A stretch of DNA of 64,000 bases from an uncultured delta proteobacterium (lineage in GTDB: Bacteria; Myxococcota; Myxococcia; Myxococcales; Anaeromyxobacteraceae). The notes under the pieces are model-generated. The model was not told the origin of the DNA. It saw nothing but the letters and a program-made list of their open reading frames with translations, and did no database searches. The DNA lies in assembly GCA_963766715.1 (NCBI GenBank), contig CAVYBH010000001.1, forward strand, positions 192,001-256,000. The letters are read 5' to 3'. Below are positions 11,131 to 24,111 of this stretch, one piece after another; the first letter of the stretch is position 1; each line of letters starts with the position of its first letter. The translations under genes were made by a program, and so were the position numbers.

Positions 11131-12401
11131 ATGGCGCTCTGCCTGGCCGCCGTGGCGATGGCGGCGTCCTCCTGCGGCGGCAGCCAGGGGGCCGGCGGGG
11201 CGGCCAGCGCCCTCCCGGTCGTCGCCTCGTTCGCCGCCCAGCCCGCATCCATCGAAGCCGGTGCGTCGAGCCAGCTCTCCTGGAGCGTGACCGGCGCGAC
11301 CTCGCTCGCCATCGATCCGGGAGTCGGCGCGGTGACCGGGGCACGGCACGTCGGTTACGACCGTCCGCGACCACGACCTACACGCTCACCGCGACCAACG
11401 CCGCCGGCAGCGCCACCTCCCAGGCGACGGTGACCGTGACGGGCGGCGGGACGACGGGCGCCTGCAACGGCCTCCCGACCCAGCTCTTCCCGCCCGGCGC
11501 CCCCTGGAACCAGGCCGTCGCCGGCATGGCGCTCGACCCCGAGTCGGACGCCATCGTCGCCTACCTCGCGGCCAACCACACGGCAAGCGCCCGGTTCCAG
11601 ATCACCTTCGACTTCAACCTGCTCTTCGCCGACGTGAACACCCCGCATCGCGCGTTCACGCCGACGGGCGACTTCTTCAGCCCGGACTGCGATCCAGCGC
11701 CCGTGCCGGTGCCGGCGGCCGGCCGGCTGGAAGGGGAGAGCAGCTACGCCTGCGCCTCCGACGGCGACTGCCACCTGACGGTGGTCGACCGCTCCACCTG
11801 TCGCCTGCACGAGCTCTGGCGCGCCAATCTCGCCGGGGGGACCTCGACCGGAACGTTCACGAGCGGCTGCCAGGCGATCTGGGATCTCTCCGCGGTGCCG
11901 CCGGCCACCGGCCGCGGCGACTTCTGCACCAGCGCCGACGCCGCCGGGCTTCCCATCCTGCCGCTCGTCTTCACCGCCGACGAGGTGGCGGCCGGGCGCA
12001 TCGACCACGCCATCCGCTTCGTCCTCCCCAACTCGCTCATCCGGGCCGACGTCTACGTGCGTCCAGGAACGCACTCGACCCGGGCGACCACGGGCGGAAG
12101 CGCCGCGCCTCCCTACTCGGCCCGGCTGCGGCTCAAGGCCTCGAAGGACCTGTCCGGCCTGGGCGCCGGAGCGAGGGTCATCGCCCAGGCCCTGAAGGAG
12201 TACGGCATGTTCCTGGCCGACGGCGGCAACGTGACCTTCACGGCCGCCACCGACGCGCTGACCCCCCACGGGTGGAGCGAGGTCGGCGTCGATTCCGCCA
12301 GCCTCAAGGGGCTCTCCTGGAGCGACTTCGAGGTGGTCGAGCTGGGCGCCCGGCTCCACTACGGGGCGGGCAGCTGCAGCCGGACCCCCATCACCCGCTA
12401 G
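11131..12401 (+). CDS. Secreted lipoprotein with Ig-like domain and uncharacterised C-terminal domain (frameshift near 11350)
   Basis: Lipobox AASSC; Ig-like LSWSVTGAT...TTTYTLTATNAAGS; motifs DGDCHL, SADAAGLPILP, HAIRF, YGMFLADGG. Confidence 0.65.
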
Positions 12402-12463
12402 CGAAGCGAGGCGAGCCGCTCGCGGGATGGCGGACGGCCCCGCGATGCGATAGGTGGACCGCC

Positions 12464-12929
12464 GTGAACCCCACAGAGCCCGTCCGCGAGCCGGTCGTCC
12501 GGATCCGTTGCCCCTCGCCCGAGGACGAGGTCCGCTGCCGGACCCTCCTCGAGAAGGCCGGGCTCGCGCCCGAGGCCCAGCTCACCTGGCTCGCCGTCCG
12601 CGACGCCGACCCCGATCGCGTGAACGAGAATCCTCGTCGACGGGGGAGCGCTGGGGCGGGTGGTGGTCCGGGAGCAGATCGGCAAGCTGGTCGGCTTCGT
12701 CATCGACCACGGGCCCGACCTCGCCGCGCGGGCCGGGAGCCTGCGGGCCACCGTGTCGCGCGTCCTCACGAGCGCCGGCCTCTCCGGCCGCTGGTCGCCC
12801 CGCCCGGAGGAGGAGATGGCGGCGGCGGGCGCCGCGCTCCACGAGCACCTCATGGCCACGCGGGGCGGCTTCGTCAGCTGGGAGCGGTTCACCGGCCTCT
12901 TCTGCCGGCGCGAAGCGGGCGGGAGCTAG
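12464..12929 (+). CDS. Hypothetical protein (frameshift near 12630)
   Basis: GC3-biased frames 12464-12630 and 12660-12929 join after one indel. Confidence 0.45.
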
Positions 12930-12959
12930 GCGGGCGGGAGCTAGGCAGGAGCTAGGCGG
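12915..12959. repeat. Short tandem repeat GCGGGCGGGAGCTAG x2 plus a degenerate third copy
   Basis: Units at 12915-12929, 12930-12944 and 12945-12955, spanning the stop codons of two convergent genes. Confidence 0.8.
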
Positions 12960-14236
12960 AACCCGGCGCGCCCAGGGCGCCGACGCCCATCGCCCGGCGC
13001 AGCATGTCGAGCGCCTCGTAGGACGCCGTGCGCCGCACCCGGTCGCGGTCGCCGCGGAAGACCCGGTGCACGGCCTGGGTGCCGGCCGGCCCGGCGAGCG
13101 CCAGCCAGACGGTCCCCACGGGCTTCTCCTCGGTCCCGCCGGTGGGGCCGGCGATGCCGGTGATGCCGATGCCCCAGGTGGCCCGGCCGAGGTGGCGGAC
13201 CCCCTCGGCCATCGCGCGAGCCGCCGCCTCCGACACCGCGCCGTGGGCCGAGAGCACCTCCGGCGCCACGCCCACCACGCCGGTCTTCACGTCGTTCGCG
13301 TAGGCCACCACCCCCAGGTCGAAGACGTTCGACGACCCGGAGATCGCGGTGAGCATCTCGGCGACCATCCCGCCGGTGCAGCTCTCGGCCAGCGCCACCC
13401 GCTCCCCGCGGCGGGCCAGCGCCTCCACCACCAGCCGGGCCAGCTCGTCCTTCCCCTCGGCGAAGACCGACGCGCCGAAGAGGGCGCGGACCCGCGCCAG
13501 GATCCGGTCGGCGCGCGCCTCCGCGTCCGGCCCCGGCACGGCCCACTTCACGTGGATCTCCGGCCAGTGGGCCCGGTAGCCGAAGCGCACGTCCCGGTTC
13601 TCCGGGTCGTCCATGACGGGGCGCATGGCCTGGTCGGCGTGCGACTCCGGGACCGCGAAGAGCTTCACCAGCCGGAAGGCGGGCGCCGACCCGACGCGCG
13701 ACGAGACCCGGGGCAGGACGAACTCCTCCGAGAGGCCGCGGTACTCGACCGGCACGCCCGGGAGCGCCACCAGCTCGCCCCGCCCGAGCCGGACCAGGAA
13801 CCCCGGCGCCGTGCCGAACCGGTTCGGGACGACCGTGGCGCCGCGGGGGAAGCGGGCCTGCTTGGCGTTGTTGGGCGTCATCTCCCGCCCCAGCTTCCGG
13901 AAGCGCTCCCGGATGGCCTCGAGCGACGGCGCGTGGACCTCGAGCGGCACGCCCATGGCCGCCGCCACCACCTCGGCGGTCAGGTCGTCCTCGGTGGGCC
14001 CGAGGCCGCCGCTCATGACCACCAGGTCGGAGCGGCCGGTGGTCTCCCGGATGGCGGCGAGCAGGTCGTCGCGGTCGTCGGCGACGAGCGTCTTGCGGCG
14101 CGGCATCACCCCCAGGTCCCAGAGCCGGTCCATCAGCCAGGCCGAGTTGGTGTCCACGATCTGGCCGGTGAGGAGCTCGTCGCCGGTGGCGAGCAGCTCG
14201 ACGTGCAGGGGCGGGGGGGGGGCTCGCGTCGTTCAC
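12952..14236 (-). CDS. cinA: CinA family protein (MCF domain + PncC NMN deamidase); frameshift in G-run near 14215
   Basis: ELLATGDE, DTNSAW, SGGLGPTEDDLT, GTAPG, ALAESCTGG, ITGIAGPTGG, KPVGTVW. Confidence 0.9.
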
Positions 14237-14777
14237 GGGGTCAGCTCCATGCACCACCAGTGGAGGCCGCCGGTGCAGCCGAGGAGCAGCGTCAGGGCGA
14301 GCTGGACGAAGGCGAGCGCCAGCCCCGCGTAGATGCCGGCCGCCACGTCGTCCATCACCACCCCGAAGCCGCTCTTCACCCGGTCGAGGGCGGACGCCGG
14401 CCAGGGCTTCGCGATGTCGAAGAGCCGGAAGAGCAGGAAGCCGGCGATGGCCGTCCCCCAGGACCAGGGGAAGAAGGCCATGGCGACGAGGTACCCCACC
14501 ACCTCGTCGATGACGATGGGGGATGCGTCCACGACCTTCCAGTAGGCGCCGGCGCGCGGGTCGCGGCGAGGACGGCGAGGACGAAGAGCGCGGCGGTGGC
14601 GGCGAGGTAGGCCGGCAGGGGCGCCTGCCGGAGCAGCCAGAAGAGCGGGATGGCGCCCAGCGTGCCGACCGTGCCCGGCACCACCGGCGAGAAGCCGCAG
14701 GGGCCCCAGGCCGCCAGGATCACCCAGGGTGTCGGGCGGCCGTCGGGCCGACCCTTCTTGAGGACGAGCGAGGCCAT
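14233..14777 (-). CDS. pgpA: Phosphatidylglycerophosphatase A (frameshift near 14550)
   Basis: PVVPGTVGTL, IVIDEVVG, FRLFDIAKPWP, GVVMDDVAAG. Confidence 0.9.
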
Positions 14778-14795
14778 GGCGGGGCGGGAGCCCGG

Positions 14796-15644
14796 CTAGA
14801 TGTACTCGTCTCCCTCGTCCTTCGCCTCGACGTCGTCGTCGTCCGCCTCGAGCGCCTCGTCCGACTCAATCTCGCGGCGCACCGACGCGGGCAGCATCGC
14901 GGTCTCGAGCCGCTTGCGGAAGAAGATCGACTCGACCAGCCCGAGGAGGATGTAGGCCCCCGCGAACACCAGGAGGACGAAGGAGGCCCGCGTGGCGATT
15001 CCGATGATCACGCCGGCCGCGAGGACGAAGACGAAGGTGGCGAGGCTGCGCGCGTTGAGGTGGGTGTCCTTGAAGGTCCGGTAGCGGACCGTGGAGACCA
15101 TGAGGAAGGAGAGCAGCGCCACCCCGATGGCGATGGGGACGTGGGTGGAGGGCTCGGTGGGCGCGCCGAACTGCCGGTAGTGGGCGATCACCACCGAGAC
15201 GAGCGCGCCGGCCGCGAGCGGGATGGGCAGCCCGGTGAAGAACCGGTGCGAGGCCTTGTCCCCGCGGGCCGCCAGCACGTTGAAGCGGGCCAGCCGCAGC
15301 GCGCCGCAGGCGGCGAAGGAGAAGGAGAGGAAGAGCCCCAGGAACCCCATCGGCGCGAGCGCCCACTTGTAGACGAGCAGGGCGGGCGCGGCGCCGAAGG
15401 AGATCACGTCGGCCAGGCTGTCGAGCTGGACGCCGAAGTCGGACTGGGTCCGCGTCATGCGCGCCACCCGGCCGTCGAACATGTCGAAGAAGATGGCGAA
15501 GAAGATGGCCAGGGCCGCCCGGTAGAGCTGCTCCGGGGAGGCGTCCCCGGAGGCCAGCGTCATCGAGTAGAAGCCGAGGAAGATCGAGCTGACCGTGAAC
15601 AGGTTCGGCAGCACGAACATGGCCTTGCGCAGGTTGATCTGCAT
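14796..15644 (-). CDS. pssA: CDP-diacylglycerol--serine O-phosphatidyltransferase
   Basis: LPNLFT, DMFDGRVARM..SDFGVQLDSLADVISFG, LRLARFN, FTGLPIP. Confidence 0.92.
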   Translation of the reverse strand: MQINLRKAMFVLPNLFTVSSIFLGFYSMTLASGDASPEQLYRAALAIFFAIFFDMFDGRVARMTRTQSDFGVQLDSLADVISFGAAPALLVYKWALAPMGFLGLFLSFSFAACGALRLARFNVLAARGDKASHRFFTGLPIPLAAGALVSVVIAHYRQFGAPTEPSTHVPIAIGVALLSFLMVSTVRYRTFKDTHLNARSLATFVFVLAAGVIIGIATRASFVLLVFAGAYILLGLVESIFFRKRLETAMLPASVRREIESDEALEADDDDVEAKDEGDEYI

Positions 15645-15841
15645 CGCTGGCGGGGTCCTCCCGAAGGCCCTCTGCTCCCCGGAGGCTGGCACGCGAGCCG
15701 GGGGTTGTCGAGGCAACGTCCGTCACCCGGGGATGTAAGCGCCCCATCCGGGGGCCGCCACGATCCCGGCGGGGGCGAGACTGTCGCGTGAATACGTCCT
15801 GATTACAGATACTTGTGCTGCCGCCGGGCCGCGCCGGCCGA

Positions 15842-16878
<1,037 letters not shown>

Positions 16879-16913
16879 GAATCCTCCGGGGGCGCGGATG
16901 CTACCATCGCCGC

Positions 16914-17639
16914 GTGAGGGAGCGCGAACGTGCCGGGAAGGTCTTCGACGCGCTCGAGGCGGCCATGCCCGGGGCTCGCATCGAGCTCGACTTCCGCTCC
17001 GACCTGCAGCTGCTCGTGGCGGTGATCCTCTCGGCCCAGTGCACCGACGCCCGCGTGAACGAGGCCACCCCCGGGCTCTTCGCGGCCTACCCGGACGCCG
17101 CCGCGCTCGCCGCCGCCCGGCCCGAGGACCTCTGGCCGCACGTCCGTCGCCTGGGCCTCTTCCGCAACAAGGCGAAGGCCATCGTGGCCGCCGCCCGGGT
17201 CATCCAGGAGGCGCACGGCGGGAAGGTCCCCCGGACCCGGGAGGCGCTCGAGGCGCTGCCCGGGGTGGGGCGGAAGACGGCGGGCGTGGTGCTCGTCCAC
17301 CTGGGCGCCGGGCACGCCTTCCCGGTGGACACGCACGTCGGCCGGGTCTCGCGCCGCCTGGGGTTCACGCGCCAGGAGAACCCGGATCGGGTGGAGGAGG
17401 AGCTGTCGGCCCTGCTCCCGCCCGAGCGCTGGGGGCTCGCGCACCAGCTGCTCGTGTGGCACGGGCGGAGGACCTGCCACGCCCGCAAGCCCGCCTGCGC
17501 TGGCTGCGCGGTGGCGGGACTGTGCCGGAAGGTGGGGGTGGCCCCGCAGGGCGGGGCGGCCCGGCGCGCTAGAGCGCCGAGCGGTGCTGCGCGGCCTTCC
17601 TCACCTCTTCGGGCGTCTCCGAGGCGCGGTCGGCCTTGA
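16914..17639 (+). CDS. nth: Endonuclease III (true end may be near 17572)
   Basis: [27 protein letters not shown] and CX6CX2CX5C Fe-S motif. Confidence 0.92.
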   Translation: MRERERAGKVFDALEAAMPGARIELDFRSDLQLLVAVILSAQCTDARVNEATPGLFAAYPDAAALAAARPEDLWPHVRRLGLFRNKAKAIVAAARVIQEAHGGKVPRTREALEALPGVGRKTAGVVLVHLGAGHAFPVDTHVGRVSRRLGFTRQENPDRVEEELSALLPPERWGLAHQLLVWHGRRTCHARKPACAGCAVAGLCRKVGVAPQGGAARRARAPSGAARPSSPLRASPRRGRP

Positions 17640-18127
17640 GCTTCTTCATGCGCCGGCGGATCAGCTCGCGCTTGAGGCTGGAGAGGTGGTCGACGAAGAC
17701 CGTGCCCTCGAGGTGGTCGTGCTCGTGCTGCACGGCGATGGACGAGCAACTCCTCGGCCTCCATCTCGAAGGGCTTCCCGCGGTAGTCGAGCGCGCGCAC
17801 CCAGACCTTCGCGAAGCGGTCGACGTCCTCGGCCTCGCCGGGGATGGAGAGGCAGCCCTCGGTGTAGGTGGTCTCGCCCTCGGCCCGGACGATGACCGGG
17901 TTCACGAGGTGGATGAGCTTCTGCCCGTCCTGCCGGGGGGAGGTGTCGATGACCAGGCAGCGCTTGAGCACGCCAATCTGCGGGGCGGCCAGGCCGACGC
18001 CGTCGGCCGCGTACATGGTCTCGGACATGTCGTCGAGCAGGCGGCGGATGCCGTCGTCGACCTTGTCGACGGGCAGGGAGGGCTGCTTCAGCAGGGGTTC
18101 GGGCCAGATGAGGATGTCGCGGACCAT
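17569..18127 (-). CDS. def: Peptide deformylase (frameshift near 17745)
   Basis: GVGLAAPQIG, EGCLSIP and QHEHDHLEG motifs across two frames. Confidence 0.93.
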
Positions 18128-18194
18128 CGTTCGAGCTCCAGGTTCGCCAGGCATGATAATCGGCGCGGGCTCGTCGTGCACCTCCGGACTCGGC

Positions 18195-20404
18195 TCAGAG
18201 CATGGCGTGCGGGTCGACGTCGAAACGGACGCTGGCCCCCCCGGGCGGCCGGGCGGCGGCCGGCTTGAGGGCCCGGTGGACGCGCCGGAGGGCCGCGGCG
18301 TCGGAGGCGCGGAAGAGCAGGTGCCAGCGGCTGCGCCCCCGGATCCGCTCGATGGCGGCCGGGGCCGGACCGAGCAGGGTGACCCCCTCCCCGAGCGCCG
18401 GGCGGGCCGCCTCTCCGAGCGCCTCGGCGGTGCGCCGGGCGCCGTCCTCCGACCCCTCGACCCGCACCGCCAGCATCCGGCCGAAGGGCGGGTAGCCGAG
18501 GGTCCGCCGCCGGTCGAGCTCCAGCTCGGCGAAGCCGGCGTAGTCGTGACCCACCGCGAAGGCGACCGCCGGGGAGTGGGGGTGGAAGGTCTGGACGATG
18601 ACCTGCCCGGGATCGGCGCCGCGCCCGGCCCGGCCGGCCACCTGGGTGAGCAGCTGGAAGGTCCGCTCGGCGGCCCGGAAGTCGGGCAGCGCGAGCGCGG
18701 TGTCGGCGAGCACCACCCCCACCAGCGTGACCCCCGGGAAGTCGTGCCCCTTCGTCACCATCTGCGTGCCCACCAGCACGTCGATCTCGCGGCGGGCGAA
18801 GCGGGCCAGCAGCTCGGCCACGTCGGCCGCGCCGGCCAGCGCGTCGCGGTCCATCCGCGCCACCCGCGCGCCGGGCACGATCTCCTTCACCGCCGCCTCC
18901 ACCTGCTCGGTGCCCACCCCCACGCCGGCCCGCTCCCCGCCGCAGGCCGGGCAGGTGCGGCTCATGCGCTCGGTGGCGCCGCAGTAGTGGCAGAGGAGCA
19001 CCCCGCGCCGGGCGTGCAGGGTGAGCGAGACCGAGCAGTTCTCGCAGCGCTCCTCGCGGCCGCAGTCCCGGCACAGGACGAGCGTCTGGAAGCCGCGGCG
19101 GTTGAGGAAGAGGATGGCCTGCCGCCCGGCCCGCACCGTGTCGGCGAGCGCATCGCGGAGGACCGGCGAGAGGAGCCCGGGCAGGGGGAGCCCCTTGCGG
19201 ATGCGGGACAGGTCGACGATCCGCACCTCGGGCAGCGGGCGGTCGTCGATGCGCCGCGGGAGCTCGATGCGCTCGTACTTCCCGGTGCGGGCGTTCTCGA
19301 GGGTCTCGAGCGAGGGCGTGGCCGAGCCGAGCACGCAGACCGCCCCCTCCTCGCGGGCCCGGACCACCGCCAGGTCGCGCGCGTGGTAGCCGGGGCCGTC
19401 GTCCTGCTTGAAGGACGGGTCGTGCTCCTCGTCGACCACCACGATGCCCAGGTCCTGCACCGGCGCGAAGACGGCGCTGCGGACCCCCACGCAGATGCGG
19501 GCCTCGCCCCGGCGCAGCCGCAGCCACTCCGAGTGACGCTCCCGGTCGGAGAGCCCGCTGTGGAGCAGCGCCACCTCGGCGCCGAAGCGGGCGCGGAAGC
19601 GGCCGGCCAGCTGCGGGGTGAGCGCAATCTCCGGCACGAGCACGAGCGCCCCGCGGCCGGCGGCGCGGGCCACGCGCGATGGCGTGCAGGTAGACCTCGG
19701 TCTTCCCGGAGCCGGTCACGCCGTGGAGCAGGAAGGTGCGGAAGGTCCCGGCCGCCGCGGTGATCCGGGCCAGCGCCGCCGACTGATCGGCGGTCAGCGC
19801 GGGGGGCGTCTCGGCGCCGGGGAGGAGCGCGTCGCCGCCCGCCACCCCGGCCACGGTCTCCACGGTGGCGAGGCCGTCCTTCACGAGCGCGGAGAGGATG
19901 GGGCGCCCGCGCGGGAAGGCGGCCCGGAGCTCCTCGACCGGGATGCGCCCGCGGGCGAGCAGGTACTCGAGGACGGCGCGCCGGGCGTGGGCCCGGGGCG
20001 CGATCCCCGCGCAGGGCCTCGGCGGCGCCGGGTGCCGGAGCGGCGTAGTCGACCCCGCGCCGGGTGGGCGCGGCGCCCCCGCGCCTGGCGTTCAGGCCGG
20101 GGGGAAGCGCGGCGCGGAGCAGCTCGCCCGGCGGGGCCAGGTAGTAGTCCTCGGCCCAGCGCAGGAGCCGGAGCAAGGGCTCGGTGAAGGGAGGGAACTC
20201 GTCGAGCACGCCGGTCACGTCGCGCAGCTCGACCCCCGGCGGCGGGGAGAGCGGCAGCCCGATCACGTAGCCGGTGGCCCGCTGGCTCTTGCCGAACGGC
20301 ACGGCGACGCGGCTCCCCAGCGACACCTCGCCGGCGAGCCGGCTGGGGACGCGGTAGGTGAAGGTGCCGCGGACGGCGGCAGCGACGGCGACCTCGACGA
20401 GCAC
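18195..20404 (-). CDS. priA: Primosomal protein N' (two frameshifts)
   Basis: LHGVTGSGKTEVY, LVPEIALTPQ, DEEHD, SATPS, four CxxC pairs, GTQMVTKGHDFP, QVAGRAGR. Confidence 0.93.
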
Positions 20405-20436
20405 GGGGGCCGGAGTCTATCAGCCCGGTCTGCGAC

Positions 20437-21301
20437 CTACCGGACGAGCTGCCGGAGGTACTCGAGCAGGTGCTCGCGGAGCTCCGGGCGCTGGAGGGCG
20501 AAGGCGATGTTGGCCTTCAGGAAGCCGAAGCGGTCGCCGGCGTCGTGGCGCTCGCCCTCGAACCGGTAGCCGAGCAGTCCCTCCTCGCGGGCCAGCACGG
20601 CGAGCGCGTCGGTGAGCTGGATCTCGCCGCCCACGCCGGGCTTCACCTGCTCCAGGATGCGAGAAGATCCGGGGCGGCAGGACGTAGCGGCCAATCACCG
20701 CCAGCCGGGAGGGGGCGTCCTGCTTCGGCTTCTCCACCAGCTTCTCGATGCGGATGGTGCGCTCGTCGAGGGCCGGTCCGGCGGCGATGCCGTACATGTG
20801 GGTCTCGGCGGGCGGCACCTCCATGAGGGCGATGGTGCCGAGGCCGTTCCGCTCGTAGCAGGCGGCGAGCTGCTTCGCGGCCGGGACGGCGGCGTCGATG
20901 ATGTCGTCGCCCAGCATGACCACGAAGGGCTCGTCGCCGACCAGCGCCTTCGCGCAGAGCACCGCGTGCCCCAGCCCGAGCGGCTCCTGCTGGCGGACCG
21001 TGACCACGTTCGCCATCTTGGCGATGGCCCGCATCTGCTCGCGGAGCGCCTCCTTGCCGGTGCGCGACAGGTGGGCCTCGAGCTCCGGGGCGATGTCGAA
21101 GTGGTCGACGATCGAGTCCTTGCCGCGCGCGCAGACCAGGATCACCTCTTCCACGCCGGCGGCCACCGCCTCCTCGACGATGTACTGGATCGTCGGGCGA
21201 TCGACGATGGGGAGGAGCTCCTTGGGGACGGCCTTGGTGGCCGGCAGGAAGCGGGTACCGAGTCCTGCGGCGGGGATGACGGCCTTGCGGATCGTCGACA
21301 T
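20437..21301 (-). CDS. galU: UTP--glucose-1-phosphate uridylyltransferase (frameshift near 20665)
   Basis: KAVIPAAGLGTRFLPATKAVPKE, PLGLGHAV, VEKP, GEIQLTDA. Confidence 0.93.
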
Positions 21302-21406
21302 GGGCCGAGAATGTAGCCGCCGATCCGCCCGCCGGAAAGTACCGAGCTCGGGGCGCGAGATGATCCGCGTCCTTGCCGGGTGATCGGCGGGTGATATCGT
21401 GCCCCG

Positions 21407-22283
21407 GTGCGCAGACTCCTCGCCCTGATCGCTCCTCGCCGTCGTCCTGCCCGCCCAGGCCCAGGAGGGGCCGCTTCCCCCCACGCCCACCAACTACATC
21501 TACGCGCGGTCCATGGCGATGTCGGCCTACCGCGGGCTCATCGGCGAGAACGACGCCATCTTCTACAATCCCGGCGCGCTGGCGGCGAAGAAGCGCTTCG
21601 ACGTCGAGCTGGCAGGTCTCATGTACCGCGTGGGGGCGGACACCGACGGGACGATGTTCGGCGGCTCGGTGGTCGACTCGATCTCCAGCCCGCTCGCGGC
21701 CGGCTTCTCCTACAACTACGTCACCACGCTCGGCTACAAGACCCGGGGCGCGTTCGGCGGCATGACCAACATGGCGGTGGGCTTCGCCGGTCGGGGACAA
21801 CCTGTTCCTCGGGCGCCACCGGCACCTACCTGAACCTCTACTCCTCGCTTCGCCTCGGTGAGCGCCGCCACGGTCACCGTGGGTGCGCTGGTCTCGTTCG
21901 GCAAGTTCGTCTCGGCGGGCTTCGCCGGCTACAACCTCATCAACACCTACCACCCCGACATCCTGCCGCTCGCCATGGGCGGCGGGGTCGCGCTCGGTCC
22001 GGAGAACACCTTCCACGTCACCGGCGACTGGTACCGGGAGTTCGGCGCCAACGGCGTCCACGCCGACAAGTGGGCCGCCGGGGCCGAGGTCCTCCTCTTC
22101 GACGTGGCGGCGCTGCGCGGCGGGTGGCTCTACGACGCCGGCTCGAACCGGCAGTGGTGGTCGACGGGCGCCGGCTTCAACGTGCAGGGATTCGGCGCCG
22201 ACTTCGCCTACCGGCAGAGCTTCGGCGGGCAGACGTTCCGGACGCTCGCCCTGATGATCAAGGTCGACGTCCCGGGGATGTGA
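21407..22283 (+). CDS. Probable outer-membrane beta-barrel protein (frameshifted)
   Basis: Signal peptide; ARSMAM..AIFYNPGALA motif typical of FadL/PorV-like barrels; alternating amphipathic strands. Confidence 0.55.
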
Positions 22284-23088
22284 TCGGCAGCACCACCGGC
22301 GCCCCGGTGGCGCCGTTCTCCCCGCGCCAGACCGGCACGCCCCACACCTCGCCCACCCGCTCGGCGGTCAGCACCTCGCGCGGCGGACCGTCCGCGACCA
22401 CGCGCCCGTCGGAGAGGGCCACGATCCGGTCGGCCGACCCGCCGGCCAGGTTGAGGTCGTGGAGCACCGCCACCACGCAGAGCCCGGCCCTCGCCGCCAC
22501 CCGGGCCATCTCCATGGCGGCCACCTGGTGGGCCAGGTCGAGGAAGGCGGTGGGCTCGTCGAGCAGGAGGACGCGCGGCTCCTGGGCGAGCGCCCGGGCG
22601 AAGAAGACCCGCCGCCGCTCGCCGCCGGAGAGCGCGTCGAGCCGGCGGTCGGCCAGCGAGAGCAGGTCGCAGGCGCGCAGCGCGCCGTCCACCGCGCCGT
22701 GGTCGAAGGGGCCGGGCACGGCGAGCAGCCCCTGGTGCGGCGCCCGCCCCATCATGACCGCCTCACGGACCGTGAAGGGCCAGGGCGCCCGGGGCTCCTG
22801 GGGCACGAGCGCGCAGACCCGCGCGAAGGCCCGGCGGGGCGCGCCGTGGGCGTCGAGCCCGCCCACGCGGACGCTCCCCTCCGACGGCGCGAGCAGGCCG
22901 GCGGCGAGCCGGAGCAGCGTGCTCTTCCCGGCGCCGTTCGGCCCCAGCAGCGCCACCAGCTCGCCCGCACGCGCGGTGAACGAGACCCGGCGCAGCGCCG
23001 GGCGCCCTCCGTAGTCGAAGGAGACCTCCTCGGCGATGACGAGCGGCGTGCCCGGGGGCGCCAGCGCGGGGGGCGGGCCGGGCCTCAC
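22258..23088 (-). CDS. ABC transporter ATPase, cobalamin/siderophore type (BtuD-like)
   Basis: GPNGAGKST, LSGGERRR, LLDEPT, VLHDLNLA. Confidence 0.88.
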   Translation of the reverse strand: MRPGPPPALAPPGTPLVIAEEVSFDYGGRPALRRVSFTARAGELVALLGPNGAGKSTLLRLAAGLLAPSEGSVRVGGLDAHGAPRRAFARVCALVPQEPRAPWPFTVREAVMMGRAPHQGLLAVPGPFDHGAVDGALRACDLLSLADRRLDALSGGERRRVFFARALAQEPRVLLLDEPTAFLDLAHQVAAMEMARVAARAGLCVVAVLHDLNLAGGSADRIVALSDGRVVADGPPREVLTAERVGEVWGVPVWRGENGATGAPVVLPITSPGRRP

Positions 23089-24111
23089 TTCGCCTCCAGG
23101 TCGCCGAACCCGAGCAGCTTCCGGGCGTTGCCCTGGAAGATCTGGCCGAGCGCGTCGCGGGGCAGCCCGAGCCCCTGGATCAGGGGATCTCCCGCCACCG
23201 GCGTGGGGGTGGGGATGGCCGGATCGCGGGTCTCGAGGAAGCGCCAGGTGGAGTCGAAGAAGCGCCGGAGCTGGTCGAGCGAGCGGATGGGCGGGCCGGA
23301 GCCGATCACCAGCGCGCGCTGCTCCGGCTTCGGCCCCTGCAGCCAGAGCAGGTCGGTGCCGAAGAGCACGCGGTCGGCGTGGGTCACGAGAAGCTCGCGG
23401 GCGCGCTCCGGGTGGGCCGAGCAGCGCGACGAGCGCCCCCGCCGTGTCGACGTGGAGGTTGGGCAGCCGGCCGAGGAGCGGCCGACAGAGCGTCCAGGTC
23501 CCCGCCCAGGCCGGCGAGGTGGAGCGCGACGAAGGGGATCCCCGGGCGCCGCTCGAGGAGCCGGGTGAGCTGGGCGGTTCCCTCCGGCGTCTCGCCCCGG
23601 TGGAGGGCGACCGGGATCCCGAGTCCCCCGGTGGTCTCCCAGATCGGGTCGAGGGCGGGCGAGTCGAGCGCCACCGGGAAGCCGCCCGGGCCCGCCAGGT
23701 CGGCCGGCACGTGCAGCCCGCGGGCGCCCAGCGCGCGCCCGGTCACCAGCCGGGCCACCTCCCGGTCGGCCCAGCCGGCGCTGCAGCAGCCCGCGCCATC
23801 CAGGCTCATGAAGACGAGCACCCGGCCGGGGAAGCGGTTCGCGGCCTCGACCTGCCGCTCCAGCCCGGCGCCGGCCTGGCCGCCGCCCAGGTTCACGATG
23901 CCCAGGATGCCCTGGCTCGAGGCGACGTTCACCGCCACGCCCAGCACGTCGGGGTCGATCTGCTCGTGGAAGTCGACCTTCCAGATCCCAGGCCGTGGTA
24001 CCCGGCGAAGCCCCGCGTGTGCGACTCGAGCGCGGTGGCGGTGACGAGCGCCACGGCGAGCAGCGAGAGGGCGAGCGCCGTGATGGCGATCCAGGCGCGG
24101 CGCGGGGTCAT
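23085..24111 (-). CDS. Amidohydrolase-family (TIM barrel) protein with N-terminal hydrophobic segment (frameshifted)
   Basis: DFHEQ, LGIPVALH, VALHLA, RVLFGTD, LGLP....IFQGNARKLL motifs over three frames. Confidence 0.6.

Noticed and set aside
12952..14236. cinA as part of the proposed competence regulon
   Set aside because: It is the last gene of the pssA-pgpA-cinA unit with no sigma54 motif seen; CinA is an NAD-salvage enzyme despite its name.
17572..17639. C-terminal extension of Nth overlapping def
   Set aside because: The tail is low-complexity and a stop exists at 17570-17572 in another frame; probably an indel or a trivial overlap.
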